A stretch of 64,000 nt of DNA from a virus: positions 28,056 through 92,055 of the IMG/VR virus record IMGVR_UViG_3300036766_002289. One strand, 5' to 3'. How positions within the stretch are numbered: the stretch's first letter is position 1; every line of letters begins with the position of its first letter. The position numbers were made by a program, and so were the translations under genes. Below are positions 9,376 to 16,281 of this stretch, in pieces. The notes beneath the pieces were generated by a model, which had not been told where the DNA came from, did not search any database, and saw only the letters and a list, made by a program, of their open reading frames with translations.

Positions 9376-9391
9376 TAGCTTAGTTGTACCA
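9376..9391 (+). promoter_or_regulatory. conserved motif TAGCTTAGTTGTACCA (copy 2)
   Basis: Exact 16-mer between two tRNA genes. Confidence 0.4.
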
Positions 9392-9401
9392 AGAACGTTT
9401 T

Positions 9402-9475
9402 CTGGCTGTGGGCTAATGGTAAGCCTCCTGCGTTGGAAGCAGGACATCATCTCAGTTCGACTCTGAGTAGCCAGA
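9402..9475 (+). tRNA. tRNA-Pro(TGG), paralogue of 9206-9279
   Basis: Acceptor CTGGCTG/TAGCCAG, same D-arm, anticodon loop GTTGGAA, 7-nt variable region ACATCAT. Confidence 0.5.
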
Positions 9476-9484
9476 CTGATTTAT

Positions 9485-9559
9485 TGCGGTGGTTTCAGTG
9501 CTGGTACTGATCTCTGCCTTTGAAGCAGATGTACGCTGGTTCAATTCCAGCCGCCGCAG
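9485..9559 (+). tRNA. tRNA-Gln(TTG), second diverged copy
   Basis: D-arm TCAG-TGCTGGTA-CTGA, anticodon arm TCTGC-CTTTGAA-GCAGA, T-arm GCTGG-TTCAATT-CCAGC. Confidence 0.5.
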
Positions 9560-9563
9560 CTAG

Positions 9564-9634
9564 TAAGTGTCGTAGTGTATCGGACAGCACACTCCCGTCC
9601 TGGGAGTAGAACCGTTCAATTCGGTAGCACTTAC
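9564..9634 (+). tRNA. atypical tRNA-like gene (possible Gly-TCC; irregular D/anticodon arms)
   Basis: Acceptor TAAGTGT/GCACTTA and T-loop TTCAATT are clear; the anticodon arm is ambiguous. Confidence 0.3.
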
Positions 9635-9642
9635 TTCCTATC

Positions 9643-9711
9643 GGGGGCAGTCTATGGGTAGCCGTTGGCCTTTGCAAGGCTGACTATGGGGATCGTAACC
9701 CCATGCCTCCA
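9643..9711 (+). tRNA. atypical tRNA-like gene (anticodon loop TTTGCAA, Ala-TGC?; non-canonical T-loop ATCGTAA); copy 1 of an exact duplicate
   Basis: Acceptor GGGGGCA/TGCCTCC, T-arm TGGGG-ATCGTAA-CCCCA; 72 nt identical to 33982-34053. Confidence 0.4.
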
Positions 9712-9717
9712 CTGTAT

Positions 9718-9788
9718 CGGCCATTGTTGAAATGGTATCATGCTTCTTTTACACGGAAGAATCGGGGGTCCGATTCCCTCATGGCCGA
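9718..9788 (+). tRNA. tRNA-Val(TAC)
   Basis: Acceptor CGGCCAT/ATGGCCG, anticodon loop TTTACAC, T-loop TCCGATT. Confidence 0.55.
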
Positions 9789-9795
9789 CTGTTAG

Positions 9796-9868
9796 CGACC
9801 TATGTTGTAGTGGCTCTGCAAGACTGTCTGATAAGCAGTAAGTCCAGGTTCGATTCCTGGTGGGTCGA
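9796..9868 (+). tRNA. tRNA-Ile(GAT)
   Basis: Acceptor CGACCTA/TGGGTCG, anticodon arm ACTGT-CTGATAA-GCAGT, T-arm CCAGG-TTCGATT-CCTGG. Confidence 0.55.
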
Positions 9869-9879
9869 TTGTTATTTAT

Positions 9880-9951
9880 GCGGGTATGACCGATTGGTTA
9901 GGTGCTAATCTTCCAAATTAGTTGAAGTGAGTTCGATTCTCACTACCCGTA
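9880..9951 (+). tRNA. tRNA-Gly(TCC)
   Basis: Acceptor GCGGGTA/TACCCGT, anticodon arm CTAAT-CTTCCAA-ATTAG, T-arm GTGAG-TTCGATT-CTCAC. Confidence 0.6.
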
Positions 9952-9957
9952 CTGTAA

Positions 9958-9992
9958 ATTTTCTTTTAATCTTATGGAAAGATTAAAAGAAA
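9958..9992 (+). terminator. perfect 15-bp hairpin (ttttcttttaatctt-atgga-aagattaaaagaaaa)
   Basis: Exact inverted repeat directly after the tRNA block and before the HNH gene; could be a terminator or an RNA-processing hairpin. Confidence 0.4.
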
Positions 9993-10008
9993 ATGACTAT
10001 ATCATGGT

Positions 10009-10449
10009 ATGAAAACAAAAACATGTAATAATTGTCATTCAGAAAAACCATTATCAGAGTTTAATAGTAAAAAAAATAGTAAAGATGGACTTCAGCCGTG
10101 GTGTAGGGAATGTAATAAACAAAGATCACGACAGTATTATGCAGATAACAGAGAATCCCATAAAAAAACTATTTTAAAAAGAAAGCATGAAAATTACAGG
10201 AAGATAAGAGATAGGATTTTAGAATTTAAAAAGAGTAATCCTTGTCTTGTTTGTGGGGAAAAAGAGCCGATTTGTTTAGATTTTCATCATGTGGAAAAGA
10301 AAAAAGTAAGAATTGCTGCGATTGCTTCAACGAATTGCAGTTTAGATACGGTGGAAAAAGAAATTAAAAAGTGTGTAATTCTTTGCTCTAATTGTCATCG
10401 TAAATTACATGCTGGAATAATTGCCCTCGAAGCATTAATGGTGATGTAG
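10009..10449 (+). CDS. HNH endonuclease (Zn-ribbon N-domain plus CLDFHH..CSNCHRKLH)
   Basis: Motifs visible in the translation; its 3' end overlaps the 5' half of tRNA-Lys at 10423-10494. Confidence 0.7.
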   Translation: MKTKTCNNCHSEKPLSEFNSKKNSKDGLQPWCRECNKQRSRQYYADNRESHKKTILKRKHENYRKIRDRILEFKKSNPCLVCGEKEPICLDFHHVEKKKVRIAAIASTNCSLDTVEKEIKKCVILCSNCHRKLHAGIIALEALMVM

Positions 10450-10494
10450 CGGTCTTTTAAACCGCACAACAGAGTTCGATTCTCTGCGGGGGTA
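10423..10494 (+). tRNA. tRNA-Lys(TTT)
   Basis: Acceptor GCCCTCG/CGGGGGT (two GU pairs), anticodon arm GCGGT-CTTTTAA-ACCGC, T-arm CAGAG-TTCGATT-CTCTG. Confidence 0.5.
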
Positions 10495-10503
10495 CTGAAT
10501 TTT

Positions 10504-10573
10504 GGGCGTGTCGTCTAACGGGAAGACGGTTGGTTTGCACCCAGCAAATGAGGGTTCAATTCCCTTCACGGTC
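10504..10573 (+). tRNA. tRNA-Ala(TGC)
   Basis: D-arm GTCT-AACGGGA-AGAC, anticodon arm GTTGG-TTTGCAC-CCAGC, T-loop TTCAATT; one acceptor mismatch. Confidence 0.5.
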
Positions 10574-10583
10574 CACTGTTTTA

Positions 10584-10658
10584 TGGCTCCGAAACCTTTA
10601 GTTGGATGAGGTCCAGTCTTTTAAACTGGTTAAGAGGGTTCGATTCCCTACGGAGCTA
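10584..10658 (+). tRNA. tRNA-Lys(TTT), second diverged copy
   Basis: Acceptor GGCTCCG/CGGAGCT, anticodon arm CCAGT-CTTTTAA-ACTGG, T-loop TTCGATT. Confidence 0.5.
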
Positions 10659-10663
10659 CTTTT

Positions 10664-10735
10664 GCCGTTCTAACATAGTGGACTATGTGCTTGTGTGAAG
10701 AACAAGAAATTTGGGTTCAATTCCCAGGAACGGCA
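10664..10735 (+). tRNA. tRNA-Phe(GAA)
   Basis: Acceptor GCCGTTC/GAACGGC, D-stem ACAT/ATGT, anticodon arm CTTGT-GTGAAGA-ACAAG. Confidence 0.55.
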
Positions 10736-10779
10736 CTTCACTACTATATTATAATTGGTTATACTTTTAAGGATTAAAC

Positions 10780-10938
10780 ATGATAAGTGCAAACGATTTG
10801 AATGAATTACGAAGGCTAGTAACGAATTCCTATGACGGTGATAAGGGCATTATTAGCAGAGTATTAAGAGGTATCACTGACTTAACAAACGAGAACGCTC
10901 GTTTAAAGGCAGAGATTCAAAAGCTTAAGGCTAAGTAA
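10780..10938 (+). CDS. small coiled-coil hypothetical protein (52 aa)
   Basis: ORF between tRNA genes; MISANDLNELRRLV...KAEIQKLKAK. Confidence 0.3.
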   Translation: MISANDLNELRRLVTNSYDGDKGIISRVLRGITDLTNENARLKAEIQKLKAK

Positions 10939-11010
10939 GCAGCTTTGGTGAAGTTGGTACTCACGTTTGTCTGAAGAACAAAAGAACTCGGTTCGATTCT
11001 GAGAGGCTGC
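10939..11010 (+). tRNA. tRNA-Phe(GAA), second diverged copy
   Basis: Acceptor GCAGCTT/AGGCTGC, D-stem GTGA/TCAC, anticodon arm TTTGT-CTGAAGA-ACAAA. Confidence 0.55.
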
Positions 11011-11127
11011 ACTAAGGAGAGCCTTACTCCAATTGAGAAAGAAATTTCTAGGGACGGTCAATCCCGATGATGAAAAAGTATTTCAACGAGGTGACTCAAG
11101 GCTGAGAGGGTGACACCTCTTATTTAT

Positions 11128-11199
11128 TCCCTTGTCTTTCAATGTGTAGGAAGACTGGCTGTTAACCAGTTAATCTAGGTTCGAGTCCTAGCGAGGGAG
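11128..11199 (+). tRNA. tRNA-Asn(GTT)
   Basis: Acceptor TCCCTTG/CGAGGGA, anticodon arm ACTGG-CTGTTAA-CCAGT, T-loop TTCGAGT. Confidence 0.55.
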
Positions 11200-11206
11200 T
11201 TAGAAT

Positions 11207-11277
11207 TGTGGAGTCGTACAACGGTAGTACGCGAAGCTGTTAACTTCGTTATGGGGGTTCGATTCCCTCCTCCACAG
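11207..11277 (+). tRNA. tRNA-Asn(GTT), second diverged copy
   Basis: Acceptor TGTGGAG/CTCCACA, D-stem GTAC/GTAC, anticodon arm CGAAG-CTGTTAA-CTTCG. Confidence 0.55.
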
Positions 11278-11284
11278 CTTTTAT

Positions 11285-11356
11285 GGTGTACGTCGTCTAA
11301 TGGTAGGACGCCAGACTGTGAATCTGATAATGGCGGTTCGATTCCGCTCGCACACC
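11285..11356 (+). tRNA. tRNA-His(GTG) with G-1
   Basis: Extra 5' G pairs with C73 as is typical for tRNA-His; anticodon loop CTGTGAA, T-arm GGCGG-TTCGATT-CCGCT. Confidence 0.6.
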
Positions 11357-11365
11357 CTTACATTA

Positions 11366-11438
11366 GCCTCGTTAGACTTCTGGGAAGTCACCACGCTTTC
11401 AACGTGGAACAAGATGGGATCGAAACCCATACGAGGTA
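11366..11438 (+). tRNA. tRNA-Glu(TTC) with non-canonical T-loop ATCGAAA
   Basis: Acceptor GCCTCGT/ACGAGGT, D-stem GACT/AGTC, anticodon arm CCACG-CTTTCAA-CGTGG, T-arm ATGGG-ATCGAAA-CCCAT. Confidence 0.5.
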
Positions 11439-11441
11439 CTT

Positions 11442-11909
11442 ATGAAAGTATGTTCTAGATGTGGTTTGGGAAAAAATATATTGTGTTTTTCCAAAAATGC
11501 TGGTAAAGTCGATGGACTTAACGTCTGGTGTAAAGAATGTTGTAAAGTTTACCGAGATGATTATTATATCCTACATAAAGATTATGAAATAGAGAGAAAA
11601 AATCTTCGCAAAGCAAGTAATAAAAAATGGTTCGAAGACTACCGATCTAAACTTTGTTGTGAGATTTGTGAGGAAAGCCATCCTGCTACACTTGATTTTC
11701 ATCACAAAAACGTAATAGAAAAAGATTTTAATGTGAGCATACTTGTCAGTGAAGGTTATGGAATTAAGAGGATTCTTGAAGAGATTGCTAAATGTAGGGT
11801 GTTATGTTCTAACTGTCATAGAAAACTTCATTGGGAAGAAAGGAGAGAGTATAATGACACATATGACTCCAGAGCAAGCGGCGGAATTTTGGAAACAAAT
11901 GGACGCTGA
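11442..11909 (+). CDS. HNH endonuclease
   Basis: CSRCG..WCKECCK Zn ribbon plus LDFHH...CSNCHRKLH; starts 4 nt after the tRNA-Glu 3' end. Confidence 0.7.
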   Translation: MKVCSRCGLGKNILCFSKNAGKVDGLNVWCKECCKVYRDDYYILHKDYEIERKNLRKASNKKWFEDYRSKLCCEICEESHPATLDFHHKNVIEKDFNVSILVSEGYGIKRILEEIAKCRVLCSNCHRKLHWEERREYNDTYDSRASGGILETNGR

Positions 11910-11995
11910 AATTTGAAAAAGAGAACGTTTTTCTTAATTCTCGCGGCTGGATTCAATGTCTGGGAACATTTGTAGATCATAACGGGAAAGAATAT

Positions 11996-12544
11996 GTGTC
12001 AGAAGCATGGGCACATCCTATTACGCTTAAAAAGTATAGTACAGGTGCTTTTGTTGTCGCAACAGAAGATTATCTTCGTGAAAAAGGTTGGAAAAGTATT
12101 CTCGAAGTTGAGCGTGCTGGGGAAAAGAAGTGGAACAAGATTTATAAGATGGGAAGGTGTCAAAGCCCTGTAACAAAAAGGATTTATTGCTATCTTGAAG
12201 CAGAATGGTATGCAATTGAACGTAATTTCGATGAAAGTGATTATCCTTTTGGAATGTCCCAACATACTATTGAACTAAACAAACTTATCAAGGATTTTAA
12301 AAAGGATGAATATTTCATCTGGTTTCATCGGAGTTCAGAAGGACAGCATGTAGGAGTATACGGAGAAACTTATATTACTGAATTTTGGACTCAAGATGAA
12401 ATCAAAACGTATAAAATAGACGAGGCAGCAAAAATTTCAAAGGTAATGATTGAAGCATTAGTATCTCCTGATAGGGCCAGATGCGCTTTGAATTGGTCTC
12501 AAGATGATGTTGAAAAGGCAATAGAACGTGCTAGTATCGTATAG
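11996..12544 (+). CDS. hypothetical protein
   Basis: ORF 182 aa. Confidence 0.5.
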   Translation: MSEAWAHPITLKKYSTGAFVVATEDYLREKGWKSILEVERAGEKKWNKIYKMGRCQSPVTKRIYCYLEAEWYAIERNFDESDYPFGMSQHTIELNKLIKDFKKDEYFIWFHRSSEGQHVGVYGETYITEFWTQDEIKTYKIDEAAKISKVMIEALVSPDRARCALNWSQDDVEKAIERASIV

Positions 12545-12665
12545 TCGGTGTCAACATGAATAGAAGTGAATTGTGATGCTTTGACTGATACATACAAATC
12601 TAAAAATTTGGGCAATGGAAGGGCTAAAAGAAGAGAGAGATATCGCACAGGTAAAAGTTATTAAT

Positions 12666-12738
12666 GCCGCTTAAGCAAAATGGTATGCGCCTGTTTTGTA
12701 AGCAGGAAAATAAGTGAGTTCGATTCTCACAGGCGGCT
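12666..12738 (+). tRNA. tRNA-Thr(TGT)
   Basis: Acceptor GCCGCTT/AGGCGGC, anticodon arm CCTGT-TTTGTAA-GCAGG, T-arm GTGAG-TTCGATT-CTCAC. Confidence 0.55.
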
Positions 12739-12746
12739 CTGTTCTT

Positions 12747-12762
12747 TAGCTTAGTTGTACCA
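12747..12762 (+). promoter_or_regulatory. conserved motif TAGCTTAGTTGTACCA (copy 3)
   Basis: Exact 16-mer about 30 nt upstream of ORF 12793. Confidence 0.4.
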
Positions 12763-12764
12763 AT

Positions 12765-12802
12765 GGGAACGTTATGACACAGTGGGAACGTTATGACACA
12801 GA
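12765..12802 (+). repeat. 19-bp tandem duplication (gggaacgttatgacacag-t/a) spanning the start codon
   Basis: Two adjacent copies, 18/19 identical, each containing an ATG. Confidence 0.6.
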
Positions 12803-13074
12803 ACGAAATGTTAGACCGAATTGTGGAGATTTATGAAAATAATCCTTCTCCACTCCCTGAAGAACTACTCCCTGAATGGCGAAAGCTTAATGATGATTTG
12901 AGGGAACTAGATGAAGAAAAATGTTATGGTCTTGGGTTCTATCATAAAGGGTATACGATAAATTTACATGGCAGTAAGATATTTTTAAATAAAATGTCGA
13001 AAGAACAGTATTGTGATATGTTGGATATGTTTCGTGGCAAGATAACGGTTAAGGAGTTTAATAAGAAGTGGTAA
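12793..13074 (+). CDS. hypothetical protein
   Basis: ORF 93 aa. Confidence 0.45.
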   Translation: MTQNEMLDRIVEIYENNPSPLPEELLPEWRKLNDDLRELDEEKCYGLGFYHKGYTINLHGSKIFLNKMSKEQYCDMLDMFRGKITVKEFNKKW

Positions 13075-13078
13075 GAAT

Positions 13079-13150
13079 GCCTCCGTGATCGTAATGGTAA
13101 CGAATCAGACTCTTAATCTGAGAATCCGAGTTCAACTCTCGGCGGGGGTA
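13079..13150 (+). tRNA. tRNA-Lys(CTT)
   Basis: Acceptor GCCTCCG/CGGGGGT, anticodon arm TCAGA-CTCTTAA-TCTGA, T-arm CCGAG-TTCAACT-CTCGG. Confidence 0.5.
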
Positions 13151-13155
13151 CTAGT

Positions 13156-13698
13156 ATGCCCTTAACTATGAAAAAGTGTAATAAATGTGGTCTAGAAAAA
13201 ACAGAATTTCATAAAAATACATCTTACTGTAAAGAGTGTAATATTGTTAGAGTTAAAGAGTGGGCAATACTTAATAAAGAAAAAATAACTAAAAACAGCG
13301 GTATCTATATAAAAGCTAAGCACTTTTTATTAAAGGCTATACTAGATGATATTAAACATGAGAATGGGTGTAGTTTTTGTGGAGAGAATGATGCGTGCTG
13401 TTTAGATTTTCATCATATTGCTAATAAATCTGATAATGTTTCTAAACTTCAACGAGATAAGAATGTTAAAAAGATTTGTGAAGAGTTGAATAAGTGTATC
13501 ATAGTATGCGCAAACTGTCATCGAAAATTACACGATGGGAAAATAAATATTGGCGTTAGAAAGCTATTTGACATTAGTTTAGAAGAATTTATTACTAGAG
13601 TAAGTAACAGAGCAGCAGAATTTCTTCCCGATGAAAAACGGGTTAGAAAATGGTTAATTGCTCCTAAAGCTGTAGCGGCACAAGCACCTGTCTCTTAA
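13156..13698 (+). CDS. HNH endonuclease
   Basis: CNKCG..CKECN Zn ribbon plus CLDFHH...CANCHRKLH; starts 6 nt after tRNA-Lys(CTT); its 3' end overlaps the next tRNA-like gene. Confidence 0.7.
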   Translation: MPLTMKKCNKCGLEKTEFHKNTSYCKECNIVRVKEWAILNKEKITKNSGIYIKAKHFLLKAILDDIKHENGCSFCGENDACCLDFHHIANKSDNVSKLQRDKNVKKICEELNKCIIVCANCHRKLHDGKINIGVRKLFDISLEEFITRVSNRAAEFLPDEKRVRKWLIAPKAVAAQAPVS

Positions 13699-13743
13699 AC
13701 AGGGGTCGTAATGACATTCCGAGTTCAAGTCTCGGTAGGGGCA
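13660..13743 (+). tRNA. atypical type-II-like tRNA (about 15-nt variable arm) with anticodon loop CTCTTAA (CTT)
   Basis: Acceptor GCTCCTA/TAGGGGC, anticodon arm CCTGT-CTCTTAA-ACAGG, variable arm GGTCGTAATGACATT, T-arm CCGAG-TTCAAGT-CTCGG. Confidence 0.4.
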
Positions 13744-13745
13744 CT

Positions 13746-13817
13746 GTGGGTGAAGCCAAACGGTGCGGCATCTGTGTGTGAATCAGAATATAATGGGTTC
13801 AACTCCCATCATCCACC
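13746..13817 (+). tRNA. tRNA-like gene, possible His(GTG) without G-1
   Basis: Acceptor GTGGGTG/CATCCAC, anticodon loop GTGTGAA, T-arm ATGGG-TTCAACT-CCCAT. Confidence 0.4.
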
Positions 13818-13818
13818 C

Positions 13819-14229
13819 TTAATCGTCGATTTCTTCTATGGTATGTTGCTCTGTGCGATTAGCATCATTGGCGGCTTTAGCAGCAAGTTCATGATATCTT
13901 TTTTTAAGTTTTTCGATTTCTTCTTCAGTGAGGTTTTCGATATGGAGCAAACGGTTACTAGCTCCTTTATGGGATACAAGTAATTCGTCTAACTTTAAAT
14001 GAAGTGCTATTTGCTCTTTATTTTGAGTTCTTTGAATAAGGAAGACCATTAAGAAGGTAATGATGGTGGTAAGGGTATTGATGAATAGGCTGTGAGAATC
14101 GCTCCAGTTGAAAAATGGACCTGAGCATAACCAGATAAGCACAATGAAAATGGCCATAATGAAGGCTGATGTACTGCCAGCCCAATTGGTTATCTTTTTG
14201 GCCATCAGTTCAAATTTGCTTATTCGCAC
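13819..14229 (-). CDS. small membrane protein with coiled-coil tail
   Basis: 136-aa ORF on the minus strand; two TM segments (AFIMAIFIVLIWL.., IITFLMVFLIQ) followed by a charged helical region. Confidence 0.5.
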   Translation of the reverse strand: MRISKFELMAKKITNWAGSTSAFIMAIFIVLIWLCSGPFFNWSDSHSLFINTLTTIITFLMVFLIQRTQNKEQIALHLKLDELLVSHKGASNRLLHIENLTEEEIEKLKKRYHELAAKAANDANRTEQHTIEEIDD

Positions 14230-14258
14230 GGTTTATATATGGTTAATAATTTTTAAAC

Positions 14259-14331
14259 GGGGAAGAAGCTCAGTTGGGAGAGCAACCGCCTGTCGAGCGG
14301 AAGGGTGCGGGTTCGACTCCCGTGTTCCTCG
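14259..14331 (+). tRNA. tRNA-Asp(GTC)
   Basis: D-arm GCTC-AGTTGGGA-GAGC, anticodon loop CTGTCGA, T-arm GCGGG-TTCGACT-CCCGT, G73. Confidence 0.55.
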
Positions 14332-14341
14332 CCTTATTTTT

Positions 14342-14433
14342 TGCGGTGTCATCTAATGGCAAGATACGGGTCTCAAGGGTCAAACAGCCCATAAATGAAG
14401 CCTGAAATGTAGGTTCGACTCCTACCGCCGTAA
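14342..14433 (+). tRNA. atypical long tRNA-like gene (92 nt; possible type-II or intron-containing; a CAA loop is present)
   Basis: Acceptor TGCGGTG/CGCCGTA, D-arm ATCT-AATGGCA-AGAT, T-arm GTAGG-TTCGACT-CCTAC; the anticodon arm could not be folded cleanly. Confidence 0.3.
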
Positions 14434-14518
14434 TTATAGACCGTAAGTATTGGTGTAAAAGAGCAGATTAAGTCTTCTCACGAAGCGTATAAGTCTCTTT
14501 AGCACAGCGGTCGCGTTT

Positions 14519-14593
14519 AGGATTGTGGGCCAGCCTGGAGTGGCCGTCTCCCTGTCACGGAGAAGATCGAGGGTTCAAATCCCTTCAATCCTG
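14519..14593 (+). tRNA. tRNA-Asp(GTC), second diverged copy
   Basis: Acceptor AGGATTG/CAATCCT, D-stem GGCC/GGCC, anticodon arm TCTCC-CTGTCAC-GGAGA, T-loop TTCAAAT. Confidence 0.5.
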
Positions 14594-14626
14594 CTGAAAT
14601 AAGTTGAACCTTACTCTATATATGGT

Positions 14627-15238
14627 ATGCCATATAAAGATAAGGTTAAGCAGAAAGAATTTTCAAAACGTCATTATTTGTTGAATAAGGAAGTTTATCA
14701 ACAATCCAGAAAACAAAATCGTAATAATCGCCATATTTGGTTCAATGGAGTAAAATCACAACTAAAATGTTGTCAATGTGGAGAAAACGATTATCGCTGT
14801 TTAGATTTTCACCATAGGGAATTTGAGGAAAAAGTATTTGGAATTTCTGAAGGTGTAAAATCAGGTTATAGTGAAGAGAAAATTATAAAAGAAATTTCTA
14901 AATGTGATGTGTTATGTGCTAATTGTCATAGGAAAAAACATGCAAGCGTAAGATTGCCTGCTGACGGGTACCACAGGGAACGAGTTGGCAAAAACATAAA
15001 ATGGCTAAGAGAATTTAAAAGAAAATTAAGTTGTGTTGATTGCGGCATAAAAGATGAATTTGTTCTAGATTTTCATCATCTTCGAGATAAAGATGATACT
15101 ATTTGTAGATTAGCGGGAAATGGTTGTTCCGTCGAACGACTCTTAGAAGAAATTGCTAAATGCGAGGTTATATGTGCTAATTGCCATAGAAAGCGACATA
15201 ATGGTAATGTATGGTCTGAAGATTCAGTGAAAAATTAG
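14627..15238 (+). CDS. tandem double HNH endonuclease
   Basis: Two consecutive CLDFHH....C.NCHRK.H modules in one ORF. Confidence 0.7.
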   Translation: MPYKDKVKQKEFSKRHYLLNKEVYQQSRKQNRNNRHIWFNGVKSQLKCCQCGENDYRCLDFHHREFEEKVFGISEGVKSGYSEEKIIKEISKCDVLCANCHRKKHASVRLPADGYHRERVGKNIKWLREFKRKLSCVDCGIKDEFVLDFHHLRDKDDTICRLAGNGCSVERLLEEIAKCEVICANCHRKRHNGNVWSEDSVKN

Positions 15239-15270
15239 GAGCAGATTTAAAAATACTTTAAGGGGGAACA

Positions 15271-15471
15271 ATGAAACTGCCAGAACCAACCATAGCAGAT
15301 TTGAGACGTGCTAAGGAATTTATTGGTGAAGAAAGTTTGCTGCTTGCTCAGTGGGCTGCGGAGGAACGCAGGCGAATTCTTTCAATTTTAAGGGGCGTTA
15401 ATTTAACTGGTGGTCCTTCTGGTTGGGAAATAGCCGATTATTTGAAAGAAGAAACTGATAATGAGATATAG
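15271..15471 (+). CDS. hypothetical protein
   Basis: ORF 66 aa; RBS gggggaac. Confidence 0.4.
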   Translation: MKLPEPTIADLRRAKEFIGEESLLLAQWAAEERRRILSILRGVNLTGGPSGWEIADYLKEETDNEI

Positions 15472-15658
15472 TAAGGAAAAAAAAGTTATTACTTATTACG
15501 ATAAATTAATTAGGGGCGACCAATTCATTGGAAATCCCCAAGGTGGTTGGATATTTGTAAAAACTGATATTAAAGGTATTGCGGTTAGGCTTGCTGATGG
15601 CGGAACTGTTCAGTGGGAAGACAATGCAGAAGTGCATAAAGTGCAGTCTGCTTCCTAA
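15461..15658 (+). CDS. hypothetical protein
   Basis: ORF 65 aa, overlapping start. Confidence 0.35.
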   Translation: MRYSKEKKVITYYDKLIRGDQFIGNPQGGWIFVKTDIKGIAVRLADGGTVQWEDNAEVHKVQSAS

Positions 15659-15690
15659 TTGAGATATAGGTATTAAAACTATATACCTAT

Positions 15691-16095
15691 ATGCCAATGT
15701 ATCCTTGTCTTTGTGTCCCTTATAATCCAGGTACTCCTGTCCCATGTTCGATGCCTGGAACAGGTGATGCTGGTGGAATTTTGGAATTACAGTTGCTTAA
15801 TGTTCAAATGGGGATGATGGGAGTTTTTGACGGTGGTTGTGGACTGTTTTTCTACACACATGTACTAGCCTATAATGTAAGTTTTGGCCCGTCAGGGGCT
15901 TATCAGATGCAGGTTTTTGATAAGTTCCAGGGCGTGTGGAATTTAGTAATGTTTAGTGGAGTTTTATACCAAACTACAGATGCATTAAATGCCTACGGGC
16001 CTTTTTTACCACTTGACCAAATTACTTTGTTTTGGAATAATGTAAAGTTACCACCTACTAATCCAAATGGTGGATTTTTATTGAATCCAGTGTGA
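15691..16095 (+). CDS. hypothetical protein
   Basis: ORF 134 aa. Confidence 0.45.
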   Translation: MPMYPCLCVPYNPGTPVPCSMPGTGDAGGILELQLLNVQMGMMGVFDGGCGLFFYTHVLAYNVSFGPSGAYQMQVFDKFQGVWNLVMFSGVLYQTTDALNAYGPFLPLDQITLFWNNVKLPPTNPNGGFLLNPV

Positions 16096-16098
16096 TTT

Positions 16099-16281
16099 AT
16101 GGCAAAGAAAAAAGAAGAATATAAGTTTGCAAAACTTGACACAATTCACAATGTTTACGAAATGACTGAAATCCCAGAAGGCGCAACTCATGTTGAATCA
16201 GAAACGGATTACAGTAATTGCTATTACGAGAGCGATAGCCCAAGTATCAAGTTAACTTTTTACAAGAAAGAAAAAGCATGA
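16099..16281 (+). CDS. hypothetical protein
   Basis: ORF 60 aa. Confidence 0.35.
   Translation: MAKKKEEYKFAKLDTIHNVYEMTEIPEGATHVESETDYSNCYYESDSPSIKLTFYKKEKA

Noticed and set aside
8886-9677. Listed ORFs 8886-9143, 8915-9205 and 9495-9677(-) within the tRNA array
   Set aside because: They consist entirely of back-to-back tRNA genes and translate GC-rich structural RNA, so they are spurious.
11206-11445. ORF 11206-11445
   Set aside because: It overlaps tRNA-Asn, tRNA-His and tRNA-Glu completely.
11357-11445. Apparent reverse-complement T-arm (cgaaaccc) suggesting a minus-strand tRNA
   Set aside because: Folding the + strand gives a complete cloverleaf (tRNA-Glu TTC) with an unusual ATCGAAA T-loop; the minus-strand reading places a T-arm at the 5' end, which is not a valid tRNA.
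13711-14356. ORFs 13711-13983(+) and 14108-14356(+)
   Set aside because: They overlap tRNA genes, and at 13819-14229 they are antisense to the better-supported minus-strand membrane-protein ORF.
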